Shown here: one piece after another, positions 12,944 through 22,036 of the stretch
Position numbering within the stretch: position 1 is the first letter of the stretch
Layout of the letters: each line of letters starts with the position of its first letter
Assembly (NCBI GenBank): GCA_963752505.1
Contig: CAVVYM010000006.1
Coordinates: 192,379-256,378, forward strand
DNA: 64,000 nt
Source of the DNA: an uncultured Actinomycetes bacterium
GTDB lineage: Bacteria; Actinomycetota; Actinomycetes; S36-B12; UBA10799
Direction of reading: 5' to 3'
Program-made: the position numbers and the translations under genes
Notes under the pieces: generated by a model
What the model saw: the letters and a program-made list of their open reading frames with translations, nothing else
Told to the model about the DNA's origin: nothing
Databases searched by the model: none

Positions 12944-14695
12944 CTACTCCATCCGGTCCCAGGCCGGCGCGAGGTCGCGGGCCATGGTGATCTCGTCGTT
13001 GCTCGTTCCGGCGGGCACCATCGGCCACACCATTGCGTCGCGGTGCACCCGGAAGTCGATGACCACGGGGGCGTCATTGAGGCTCAGCGCCTTCTCGATC
13101 GTGGCGTCCACCTGCTCCGGGGAATCCACGCTGAAGCCGTAGCAGCCGTAGGCGTCAGCCAACTTGACGAAGTCCGGGAAGTTGTGGCTGTGCAGGTCGG
13201 TGTTCGAGTAGCGCTGGTTGTAGAACAGCGTCTGCCACTGGCGCACCATGCCCAGCGAGGAGTTGTTGATGATCGCGACCTTGATCGGGATCTCGTTGAT
13301 GGTGCAGGTGGCCAGCTCCTGGTTGGTCATCTGGAAACAGCCATCGCCGTCGACTGCCCACACCGTGGCGTCCGGCCGTCCGACCTTCGCCCCCATCGCG
13401 GCCGGCACTGCGTAGCCCATGGTGCCGAGGCCGCCGGAATTGAGCCAGGTGCCCGGGTTCTCGTAGTCGATGAACTGTGCGGCCCACATCTGGTGCTGGC
13501 CGACACCGGCGGCGATAAGCGCATCAGGTCCGGAGATCTTGCCAAGGCGCTCGATGACGTACTGCGGCGAGAGCGTGCCATCGTCGGGCAAGTCATAGCC
13601 CAACGGGAACCGCCCTTGCAGGTCCTCCAGCGTGCGCCACCACGAGCCGTAGTCGCCGATGCGTCCCGCTTCGTGCTCGGCTGCGAGCACATCGATGAGT
13701 TCGGCCATGACGAGGCGGGCGTCGCCCACGATCGGCACGTCGACCTTGCGGTTCTTGCCGATCTCGGCGGGGTCGATATCGGCGTGGATCACCTTGGCGT
13801 CAGGCGCGAAGGAGTCCAGTTTGCCCGTCACGCGGTCGTCGAATCGGGTCCCGATCGCGATGAGCAGGTCCGACATCTGCAGGGCTGCCACGGCGGAAAC
13901 CGTGCCGTGCATGCCCGGCATCCCGAGGTTGAGTCGGTGGCTGTCCGGAAAGGCGCCGCGGGCCATCAACGTGGTCACCACGGGGATTCCGGTCATCTCC
14001 GCGAGTTGGTACAACTGCGAGGCCCCGCGGGAACGGATCACGCCACCGCCGATGTAGAGCACTGGACGGCGCGCTTCGAGGATCATGCGAGCGGCGTCGC
14101 GGATCTGGCGCGAGTGCGGCTTCACCGTGGGCTTGTAGCCGGGCATGTCGATGCCTTTTGGCCACGAGAAGGAGGTGGCCGCCTGCAAGGCGTCCTTGCT
14201 GATGTCCACCAGCACCGGGCCGGGCCGGCCGGTTTCGGCGAGGTGGAACGCCTCCTTGATGGCCCGCGGAATCTCAGCAGGATCGGTGACGAGGAAGTTG
14301 TGCTTCGTGATCGGCTGGGTGATGCCGGAGATGTCGGCTTCCTGGAAGGCGTCGGTGCCGATCGCCTTGCTGGGCACCTGGCCGGTGATGGCGACGATCG
14401 GCACCGAGTCCATGTGCGCGTCCGCGAGCGGCGTCACCAGATTCGTGGCACCGGGCCCGGAGGTGGCCATACACACGCCCACCCGTCCGGTGGCCGAGGC
14501 GTAGCCCTCCGCAGCGTGGCCCGCACCTTGTTCGTGACGTACGAGGATGTGACGGATCTTCGATGAATCCATGATCGGGTCGTAGGCAGGCAAGATGGCC
14601 CCACCGGGGATGCCGAATACGGTGTCGACACCGACCTTCTCCAGAGCCTTGACGAGGCTGGCTGCGCCGGTCATCTCATTGTCGGAGGCTGTCAT
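12944..14695 (-). CDS. ilvB: Acetolactate synthase large subunit
   Basis: [38 protein letters not shown]...NN TPP-binding motif. Confidence 0.97.
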   Translation of the reverse strand: MTASDNEMTGAASLVKALEKVGVDTVFGIPGGAILPAYDPIMDSSKIRHILVRHEQGAGHAAEGYASATGRVGVCMATSGPGATNLVTPLADAHMDSVPIVAITGQVPSKAIGTDAFQEADISGITQPITKHNFLVTDPAEIPRAIKEAFHLAETGRPGPVLVDISKDALQAATSFSWPKGIDMPGYKPTVKPHSRQIRDAARMILEARRPVLYIGGGVIRSRGASQLYQLAEMTGIPVVTTLMARGAFPDSHRLNLGMPGMHGTVSAVAALQMSDLLIAIGTRFDDRVTGKLDSFAPDAKVIHADIDPAEIGKNRKVDVPIVGDARLVMAELIDVLAAEHEAGRIGDYGSWWRTLEDLQGRFPLGYDLPDDGTLSPQYVIERLGKISGPDALIAAGVGQHQMWAAQFIDYENPGTWLNSGGLGTMGYAVPAAMGAKVGRPDATVWAVDGDGCFQMTNQELATCTINEIPIKVAIINNSSLGMVRQWQTLFYNQRYSNTDLHSHNFPDFVKLADAYGCYGFSVDSPEQVDATIEKALSLNDAPVVIDFRVHRDAMVWPMVPAGTSNDEITMARDLAPAWDRME

Positions 14696-14748
14696 CTGAT
14701 CCTCACTGCTTGTTGGTGGTGCGGGTGATTGGTACTGGTGTGTTCACG

Positions 14749-14782
14749 AAAAAACCCCTCGATCCCGATGGGAGGAGGGGTT
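14749..14782 (-). terminator. Attenuator terminator upstream of ilvB
   Basis: Minus strand AACCCCTC-loop-GAGGGGTTTTTT, between the leader peptide and ilvB. Confidence 0.85.
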
Positions 14783-14800
14783 CGCGCAACGGCGTCTTGC

Positions 14801-14839
14801 TCAGCCGATGCGCGAGTTGCCTACGAGAATCATGCTCAC
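14801..14839 (-). CDS. ilvB leader peptide MSMILVGNSRIG
   Basis: GTG AGC ATG ATT CTC GTA GGC AAC TCG CGC ATC GGC TGA. Adjacent Ile-Leu-Val codons; TAATCT lies 7 nt upstream; followed by the terminator. Confidence 0.8.
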   Translation of the reverse strand: MSMILVGNSRIG

Positions 14840-14985
14840 GCCCAATAGATTAGCGCGGGCGACTCAACGGCGCACCTGCGGCCCCACGATTCACGACTCT
14901 CCGTTGAGGCGGGGGGCAACGAGGGGTTGCCGATACTGCAGCCACCTGGCTAGGTTCACCGAAACCAACAACGGAAGGTCGTGCC

Positions 14986-15357
14986 ATGGAGCTTGGAGTG
15001 TTCTCAGTGAGTCTCGCGGTGAAGGACCTCGAAGCCTCTCGTCGCTTCTACCAGGCGCTCGGGTTTGAGCAGTTCGGCGGCGGAACCGACATGAACTATC
15101 TGATGCTCAAGAACGGCGACGCCATCATCGGGCTGTTCCAGGGCATGTTCGAGGGCAACATCCTGACCTTCAACCCGGGCTGGGATGCGAATGCCGAGGA
15201 ACTGCCGGAATACACCGATGTGCGCGAACTGCAGCGTCGACTCAAGGATCAGGGTCTGGTCCTGGACGCGGAGGCCGACGAGGACTCGAGCGGGCCGGCC
15301 AGCATCATGCTCACGGACCCCGACGGCAACGCGATTCTGCTGGACCAACACCGCTGA
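14986..15357 (+). CDS. VOC/glyoxalase family protein
   Basis: [53 protein letters not shown]. Confidence 0.9.
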   Translation: MELGVFSVSLAVKDLEASRRFYQALGFEQFGGGTDMNYLMLKNGDAIIGLFQGMFEGNILTFNPGWDANAEELPEYTDVRELQRRLKDQGLVLDAEADEDSSGPASIMLTDPDGNAILLDQHR

Positions 15358-15438
15358 CGCCCCCCGGCGCCGCTGCACCGTTCAAGCGCCCGCGGGCGAC
15401 CGTCAGGCGCCCCGGCGTGCACCACGGGCCGTCCGCCC

Positions 15439-15867
15439 ATGACTTCCACATCCGGATCGGTCACCACACCGGCGACTCCCTCAGCCCGGCCGCGAATCCG
15501 ACCGGGCTGGCTGTTGGCCTTCGCTGCCTGGGCCATCTACCCCTTCGGTATGGGGATGGCCTGGCTGGTCTCGGACAACCTCGACAAGGACACGGCGGAG
15601 GTCCTCAAGGACGTCTGGTGGGTGCTTGTGATCCTGGCGATAGTCCTGCACCGGCTCTACGACTTCGCCGCAGATGCCCGCGGCGCTGGCCGGGGCGCCG
15701 AGCCAGGAGGTCTCAGTCGCAGACGGCGCCGCGTGAGGCCGAGCCGACCAACCTGGTGTACTTGGCCAACACACCACGGGTATAACGCGGCGGCAGCGGC
15801 TCCCACAGTTCCCGGCGACGGGCCAACTCGTCCTCGTCCACCAACAGGTCCAAGGTGCGGGCGCTGA
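15439..15867 (+). CDS. Hypothetical small membrane protein (2 TM); 3' part overlaps ilvD
   Basis: Fills the gap between the VOC gene and ilvD. Hydrophobic [21 protein letters not shown] and [12 protein letters not shown]. The last ~50 codons overlap ilvD antisense. Confidence 0.45.
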   Translation: MTSTSGSVTTPATPSARPRIRPGWLLAFAAWAIYPFGMGMAWLVSDNLDKDTAEVLKDVWWVLVILAIVLHRLYDFAADARGAGRGAEPGGLSRRRRRVRPSRPTWCTWPTHHGYNAAAAAPTVPGDGPTRPRPPTGPRCGR

Positions 15868-17386
15868 GGTCGATCCGAATCCGATCGCCCTCCTCCACCA
15901 GCGCAATCGGGCCGCCGTCGGCAGCCTCCGGTGCGACGTGACCGATGCACAGGCCCGTCGTGCCACCCGAGAATCGACCGTCGGTGATGAGCATGACGTC
16001 GCGGCCGAGCCCCGCCCCCTTGATGGCGCCGGTGATCATCAGCATCTCGCGCATTCCCGGGCCACCTTTCGGGCCCTCCCAGCGGATCACAACCACGTCA
16101 CCGGCCTGGATCGTGCCGTCCTCGAGCGCGGCCATGGCCTCTTGCTCGCGCTCAAACACCCGGGCGGTGCCCTCGAACTTGTCGACGTTCACACCGGCGT
16201 TCTTGCACACCGCGCCCTCGGGGGCCAGCGAGCCGCCAAGGATTGTGATGCCGCCGTGGCTGTCGAGCGGTGTGGCCATGGCCCGCAGGATGTCGCCGTC
16301 GGGGTCAATCGAATCCAGATCGGCGAGGTTCTCGGCCACCGTCTTGCCCGTGACCGTCAGGCAGTCGCCGTGCAGCAGTCCGGCATCGAACAGGGCGCGC
16401 ATCACCACCGGCACGCCGCCGACGCGGTCGACATCGCTCATGACGTAGCGCCCGAAGGGCTTCACGTCCGCGAGCAGCGGAACTTTGGAGCCGATGCGGT
16501 GGAAGTCCTCGATCTCCAAGTCGATGTCGGCCTCGTGCGCGATGGCCAGCAGGTGCAGCACCGCGTTGGTGGAACCGCCGAACGCCATAACGACCGCGAT
16601 GGCGTTCTCCAGTGATTTCTTGGTGATGATGTCGCGAGTGGTGATGCCTTGGCGAATCAACTCCACCACGGCCGAACCGGAAGCACGCGCGATGCCGTCG
16701 CGGCGGCGGTCGACCGCGGGCGGCGCAGCCGAACCGGGCAGCGACATGCCCATGGCTTCGGCGGCACTGGCCATGGTGTTGGCGGTGTACATGCCACCGC
16801 AGGCGCCTTCGCCGGGGCAGATCGCGCGTTCGACCGCATCGACCTCCTCGCGTGTGATGAGGCCCCGGGCGCAGGCGCCCACCGCCTCGAAGGCGTCGAT
16901 GATGGTGACGTCGCGGTCGCCCAACCGCCCGGGCAGGATCGATCCGGCGTACACGAAGACGCTTGCCACGTCGAGTCGCGCCGCCGCCATCAGCATGCCT
17001 GGCAGGGACTTGTCGCAGCCGGCGAAGTTGACCATCCCGTCAAGCCGCTCGGCCTGCATGACCGCTTCCACCGAGTCCGCGATGATCTCTCGGCTCACGA
17101 GCGAGAAGTGCATGCCCTCGTGGCCCATCGAGATGCCGTCGGACACGCTGATCGTGCCGAACTGCATGGGGAAGCCCCCGGCCGCGTGCACACCCTCCTT
17201 GGAGGCCTTCGCCAGCCGCTCCAAACTCAGATTGCACGGCGTGATCTCGTTCCAGCTCGACGCTACGCCGATCTGCGGCTTGGGCCAGTCCTCGTCGGTC
17301 ATGCCCACGGCGCGGAGCATGCCGCGCGCGGCAGCTCGCTCGAGGCCCTCGGTGACGTCTTTGCTGCGGGGTTTGAGATCGGTCAT
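15713..17386 (-). CDS. ilvD: Dihydroxy-acid dehydratase
   Basis: [54 protein letters not shown]. Confidence 0.97.
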   Translation of the reverse strand: MTDLKPRSKDVTEGLERAAARGMLRAVGMTDEDWPKPQIGVASSWNEITPCNLSLERLAKASKEGVHAAGGFPMQFGTISVSDGISMGHEGMHFSLVSREIIADSVEAVMQAERLDGMVNFAGCDKSLPGMLMAAARLDVASVFVYAGSILPGRLGDRDVTIIDAFEAVGACARGLITREEVDAVERAICPGEGACGGMYTANTMASAAEAMGMSLPGSAAPPAVDRRRDGIARASGSAVVELIRQGITTRDIITKKSLENAIAVVMAFGGSTNAVLHLLAIAHEADIDLEIEDFHRIGSKVPLLADVKPFGRYVMSDVDRVGGVPVVMRALFDAGLLHGDCLTVTGKTVAENLADLDSIDPDGDILRAMATPLDSHGGITILGGSLAPEGAVCKNAGVNVDKFEGTARVFEREQEAMAALEDGTIQAGDVVVIRWEGPKGGPGMREMLMITGAIKGAGLGRDVMLITDGRFSGGTTGLCIGHVAPEAADGGPIALVEEGDRIRIDLSARTLDLLVDEDELARRRELWEPLPPRYTRGVLAKYTRLVGSASRGAVCD

Positions 17387-17568
17387 GGCTCACAGCCTAG
17401 TGAGCGGCTCAGCCCGGCGTCACAACACAGGTCGCCCAGGGTGGCTCGGCTTGTGGCCGCCCATGCGGTGCGGCGTTCCCAAAGCTCGTTCGTCACCGCT
17501 TCGGCACGCGCAGCCCGGAGTTGATCTTCAGACCCCGGGGCACGTTGGGGCACAACCGCATCCGCACA

Positions 17569-18510
17569 ATGGACGGCGTGGAACCGCACCTGAACTACCG
17601 ACGTTTCAGGTTCCCGAGCGCGGACGGGACCTCACTTGTCGGATGGAGCAACGACGCCGACGGCAAGCCGCCGTTGATCGTCGCCAACGGGCTTGGGACG
17701 CCACCGGAGGCCTGGCCCACTCTGCTCAGCGACGAACCGGACTATCACGTAGCTGGCTGGAATCACCGGGGCGGGCTCGGGTCGGACAAGCCCGCCGACC
17801 CGGAGCGAATCGGCGTCGCCGACCACGTGGACGACGCATTTGCGCTCATGGACGTCATGGGTTGGGACACCGCGGTCGTCGTCGGGTGGTCGATTGGTGT
17901 CAACGTCGCCTTTGAAATGGCCAATCGGGAGCCAGATCGGGTAGCGGGCATCGTCGCTTTGGCGGGCGTCCCAGGCGGCACATTCGAATCCGGCTTCGCG
18001 AGCCTCATGGTGCCAAAGCCGCTGCGACGGCACGTATCCATGGGTGTGGTGCGCGGCGGTCGGATGCTCGGTGCGCCCCTGACCGCCCTCGCCCGAACAG
18101 TGCCCAAGGGCAGGCCGTTCGCGGAGGTGTTGCGCTGGAGCGGCTTCATGATGCCTCACTCAAACCCGGACCACACGCTGCCCTGGATCAAGGCGTTCCT
18201 GGAGCACGACTTCCACTGGTACTTCACGCTGGGAGTCGCTGCCGCCGAGCATGAACCGCTCGACCCCTCATTCGTCCAGGTGCCCGTGACCGTCGCTGCG
18301 GGTGGCTTCGACGTGATGACGTCGGCCCGAGACATCATGGCTTTCGCCGAGAAGATCCCGCATGCCGCCGTCCACCTTCTCCACGGCACCCACATGCTGC
18401 CCTTGGAGTTTCCGGACAAGGTGCTGGAGATGGTCCACGACGTCTATGAAAAGACGTTGGACATAGGCCACATCAGCCACGCAGCCACCCCACGGTCGTC
18501 CACGGCCTAG
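17569..18510 (+). CDS. Alpha/beta hydrolase
   Basis: ANGLG oxyanion loop, GWSIG nucleophile elbow, GTHMLPLEFP His. Confidence 0.85.
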   Translation: MDGVEPHLNYRRFRFPSADGTSLVGWSNDADGKPPLIVANGLGTPPEAWPTLLSDEPDYHVAGWNHRGGLGSDKPADPERIGVADHVDDAFALMDVMGWDTAVVVGWSIGVNVAFEMANREPDRVAGIVALAGVPGGTFESGFASLMVPKPLRRHVSMGVVRGGRMLGAPLTALARTVPKGRPFAEVLRWSGFMMPHSNPDHTLPWIKAFLEHDFHWYFTLGVAAAEHEPLDPSFVQVPVTVAAGGFDVMTSARDIMAFAEKIPHAAVHLLHGTHMLPLEFPDKVLEMVHDVYEKTLDIGHISHAATPRSSTA

Positions 18511-18532
18511 TGCGCCACGTTGCGTGCGCCCC

Positions 18533-19531
18533 TCAACCTGGCCACCCGCGGGCGCGGAGCCGTTGGGCAATCGCGTCAAGCACCGCGTGGGTGCGATAAG
18601 CCATTCCGGCGGCCGCCCAGCGAACCATGCCGTGGCCTGCGTCGCGCAGCGCCTGCTCGCGGGCACTTTGGTGAACCAAGGATTCGTCTGGCTCGCCGAC
18701 CGTGCCGTCGTACTTGATGCGCCCGTCGCATTCGCCGATCAGGTCGAACTCCTCCCAGTAGAAGTCCACACGCATCACGCCGGCGCCAGTCTCGATGTGT
18801 GCCTGGCAGCGTGGCATTGGGAGACCTGCGTCCACGATGTGACCGAACGACAGCGACTCAGCTGGCGATTCACGCAACGGGTTGGTGTGCGTGATGACCT
18901 GGGCCACCGCCGGACTGTGGTGCGCCCGGCACACGGGCGCGTGCAGGAGTGGCTGCAGCGCGGCCATCTTGGCGGCGTGTGGGAGTTCCGCCGTGCCGTG
19001 GTTTCGGGACCCGCCGCGGAAGGCCGCCAGGTTTCGGCGCGCGATGAAGTCCGTGACCATCAGTGCCTCCGGCAGCGCGAACTCCGCCGCGAGATCTATC
19101 GCGGTGCGGGCTTGGCTGGTGAGGCGCAATCCCGCGTACACGGCCCCATCCACGTCGGTGACGGCATCCGCCGGCAGCCGCCGCACGAGGACCTGAGGCC
19201 TGATTGTGCTGCGGGCTGTGGGAGTGACGTTGCGGGTGAAGCGAGGTTGCGCCTGCGCTACCGTCTCGGAGTTCAGCAGCGGGAGGCCGTGCACGAGTGC
19301 GGCGGTCTCGTGGCTGGCCACCAAGTTCGGGTTGCGCAGCTGATGGGCCAGGGCGGTCACGAGATGCCTGTCCGGCTGCACCTCGGGCATTGATCCGGCG
19401 GCGATGAAGACACCTCGAATGATCACCGCGGTTTCCCCTCGGCTGATTGAGGCGGCCAGCGTCTTGGGAGATACTCCCGACGTTGCACGGGTGAAGGGAA
19501 CGGCTGGTGGGGTCCATCTCGAGCGCGGCAT
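18533..19531 (-). CDS. AbiEi-like / DUF559-Vsr-type PD-(D/E)xK nuclease-domain protein
   Basis: ASHETAALVHGLP, LTSQARTAIDLA, ESPAES, RVDFYW...IGECDGRIKY...EQALRDAGHGMVRW; start uncertain. Confidence 0.75.
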   Translation of the reverse strand: MPRSRWTPPAVPFTRATSGVSPKTLAASISRGETAVIIRGVFIAAGSMPEVQPDRHLVTALAHQLRNPNLVASHETAALVHGLPLLNSETVAQAQPRFTRNVTPTARSTIRPQVLVRRLPADAVTDVDGAVYAGLRLTSQARTAIDLAAEFALPEALMVTDFIARRNLAAFRGGSRNHGTAELPHAAKMAALQPLLHAPVCRAHHSPAVAQVITHTNPLRESPAESLSFGHIVDAGLPMPRCQAHIETGAGVMRVDFYWEEFDLIGECDGRIKYDGTVGEPDESLVHQSAREQALRDAGHGMVRWAAAGMAYRTHAVLDAIAQRLRARGWPG

Positions 19532-19956
19532 TCGACGAGCATGCGGTTGCGGCACTGCACGGCGAAGCACGCCAGCCTCATCTGTGGATAAACGCCGACT
19601 AGATACGCGATTGCCCCGGGTCTCAGGTCGATCGATGGCGAACTGCACAATTTCGTGCACTTTATGCGGTCAAATCGGAGCCGTAAGTAGCTGGAAATCT
19701 TGCAGGTGGCCCTCTCGACCCCAATCAGCGGCTGGAAAGGGATAGGAACCTTTGCCACTGGCTTCAACTGCTGCGAACAGACCCAGGGAGGGTGAGGCGG
19801 GTTGAAGCGGGATGGCATCGCGCGGGCGGCAATTGGTGTCGGCCCGGCGGCCGGCAGTGTTGCCTCCGCGAAAGGTGCCGGGGCGACCGGTTGTGCGACC
19901 GCCCCAGAAGTACCCGACACCAGTGGGGCAATCCGCCAACTGACCGAGCTGATCCA

Positions 19957-20898
19957 CTAGCCAACCGGCCCGCGCAACACCTCAACTGCGGCGGCCAGGT
20001 CCGCGGGGTAGCTCGACGAGAAGCGTAGGCGCTCACTCGTGGCAGGGTGGGCGATTTCGAGCTCCTGGGCGTGCAGCCACTGACGGGTCAGGCCTAAGCG
20101 TTTGGCGAGCACAGGGTCGGCGCCGTAGGTGAGGTCGCCGCAGCAGGGGTGGCGCAGGGCCGCGAAATGCACCCTGATCTGGTGGGTACGCCCGGTTTCG
20201 AGGTGAACCTCCACCAGCGACGCGTAGGGAAACGCCTCAAGGGTGTCGTAGTGGGTGATGCTGGGCTTGCCGCCGGACACCACCGCGAACCGATGATCGG
20301 CCGTGGGGTGACGGTCGATGGGGGCGTCGATTGTGCCGCGGGACGGATCTGGATGCCCCTGCACCAGCGCGTGGTAGACCTTGTCGACGCTGCGCTCGCG
20401 GAACTGCTGCTTGAGGCTTGAGTAGGCCCCAGCAGAGCGGGCCACAACCATGAGACCACTGGTGCCCACGTCCAGTCGGTGCACGATGCCTTCGCGCTCG
20501 GGCGGGCCCACTCGGGCCACCTCTATTCCCTGCGCGGCCAAGCTCGCTGTCACGGTGGGCCCGGTCCATCCGGGACTGCCGTGCGCAGCCACGCCCACCG
20601 GCTTGTCGATCACAACGAGGTCCTCATCGAGATAGACCACTTCGAGCGGCGTGGTGTGCGCCGTCCCGATGGGCGCCGGGACATCTTCGGCGACTGTTGG
20701 CTCCGGCAACTCAACCACGATCGCCGAATCTTCCATCACGCGATGGGACTTCGCCACGACACGATCGTCGACGGTCACTGCGCCATCGTCAACGAGCCCG
20801 GCCGCCGCCGAGCGCGATAGCCCCAGCATGCGAGCCACAACGACATCGATCCGCTCCCCCGCCAGCGACTCGGGCACCGGCAGATAGCGGCGACTCAC
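19957..20898 (-). CDS. rluD: RluA/RluD-family pseudouridine synthase
   Basis: S4-like N-terminus, [32 protein letters not shown]. Confidence 0.92.
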   Translation of the reverse strand: MSRRYLPVPESLAGERIDVVVARMLGLSRSAAAGLVDDGAVTVDDRVVAKSHRVMEDSAIVVELPEPTVAEDVPAPIGTAHTTPLEVVYLDEDLVVIDKPVGVAAHGSPGWTGPTVTASLAAQGIEVARVGPPEREGIVHRLDVGTSGLMVVARSAGAYSSLKQQFRERSVDKVYHALVQGHPDPSRGTIDAPIDRHPTADHRFAVVSGGKPSITHYDTLEAFPYASLVEVHLETGRTHQIRVHFAALRHPCCGDLTYGADPVLAKRLGLTRQWLHAQELEIAHPATSERLRFSSSYPADLAAAVEVLRGPVG

Positions 20899-21494
20899 GC
20901 CGACGCGCCGTGGGCGGTCCCGGAATTGCGCGCGCCCGATTTCGATGAGTCGGCGTGTCTCGTGCCGTCGAAGTCGATGCCCAACAACGCGAGCACGACC
21001 ATGAGAATCGCCGAACCCACAACAGCCATGTCGGCAACGTTGAACACCGGCCAGAACGGCAGTGCCAGGAAATCCACGACGTGGCCGCTCAATCCGCCCG
21101 GCTCACGAAAGACGCGGTCGGTGAGGTTTCCGATCGCGCCGCCGATCATGCCGCCGATGGCTATCGCCCACCACACCGAACGCAGGTTGCGAGCCCGGAA
21201 CATCAGCACGGCAACGATCACCAGGGCGATGAGGCTGACGAAGATGGTCGATCCCGCGCCCAGCGAGAAGGCGGCCCCCGGATTGCGCACGAAAGTCAAC
21301 TGCAGAACGCCCCCGATCACCTCTACCGGCGGTTGCCCCTCCAGTCGAGCCACCGCCCACACCTTGGTGAGTTGATCGACGATGAGCACCACGACCGCCG
21401 CGATCACCACCACGAAGGTGGTTTTGCGTCGAAGCGGCGGAGCCTCCGCGGCACCACCCTGCGGCGCTGGGGTACCTGCGCTGATGTCAGCCAC
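20895..21494 (-). CDS. lspA: Signal peptidase II
   Basis: [36 protein letters not shown]; GTG 21494 overlaps the dksA stop. Confidence 0.95.
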   Translation of the reverse strand: MADISAGTPAPQGGAAEAPPLRRKTTFVVVIAAVVVLIVDQLTKVWAVARLEGQPPVEVIGGVLQLTFVRNPGAAFSLGAGSTIFVSLIALVIVAVLMFRARNLRSVWWAIAIGGMIGGAIGNLTDRVFREPGGLSGHVVDFLALPFWPVFNVADMAVVGSAILMVVLALLGIDFDGTRHADSSKSGARNSGTAHGASA

Positions 21495-21876
21495 CCTCGG
21501 CGATCTTGCAGCCCATGCACATGGTCGCTCGCGGGTAGACCTCCAGCCGGGCGCGTCCGATGGACTGCCCACAGCTCTCGCATACCCCGTAGCTGCCGGC
21601 GTCGATCCGCCCGATGGCGTGCTCGATCTGCCGCAGGGATTCACGCACCTGCTCCACCAGGAACATGTCCTGCTCGCGCTCAAAAGTCTTGGATCCGACA
21701 TCGGCCAGATCGTCACCGCTGCCATCGCCGGAGTCGGAGATGAGGCCCGCAATGTCGGACTCCGAGTCGGAGATGTCGCTTCGCAGTTCGGCGGCTTCCG
21801 CCTCCAACTCACCTCGCAACGTCGCAAGTTCGGACTCGCTGAACAACTCAACCGCCGGACTGGTCATACTCGACAT
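21487..21876 (-). CDS. TraR/DksA C4 zinc-finger protein
   Basis: DDLADVGSKTFEREQD, YGVCESCG...RLEVYPRATMCMGC. Confidence 0.9.
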   Translation of the reverse strand: MSSMTSPAVELFSESELATLRGELEAEAAELRSDISDSESDIAGLISDSGDGSGDDLADVGSKTFEREQDMFLVEQVRESLRQIEHAIGRIDAGSYGVCESCGQSIGRARLEVYPRATMCMGCKIAEGG

Positions 21877-22036
21877 CCCTTCGCCTTCAACAGTGCGTGC
21901 TGACCACCGAGGGTACCTGAGTCCCCTAGCGGCAACCCAATTCGGCATTCCGTCAAGCGGTATTCTTTGGTGCCGGCGTGGATCGCACGATGCCACCCAC
22001 GCCCTCGTGCGATGCGAACCCAGCCATGGAGGTGGG

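Noticed and set aside
12935-14566. Long antisense ORFs (also 16485-17915, 28291-29592, 38392-39867, 52904-54274 and others)
   Set aside because: Shadow frames of well-supported genes. GC-rich codon usage depletes antisense stops, and they carry no recognisable motifs.
19583-19591. Replication origin at the DnaA box
   Set aside because: A single box, with no dnaA/dnaN and no box cluster.
21900-22036. T-box riboswitch before ileS
   Set aside because: No GGTGGNACCGCG antiterminator motif is visible; only an unrelated GAGGGTACC.
21614-22036. Long N-terminal extensions in the ORF track (ileS, serA, murG, murD, mraY, lspA, GPx, DUF3040)
   Set aside because: They overlap neighbouring genes; conserved N-termini and RBS or -10 signals support the shorter starts.
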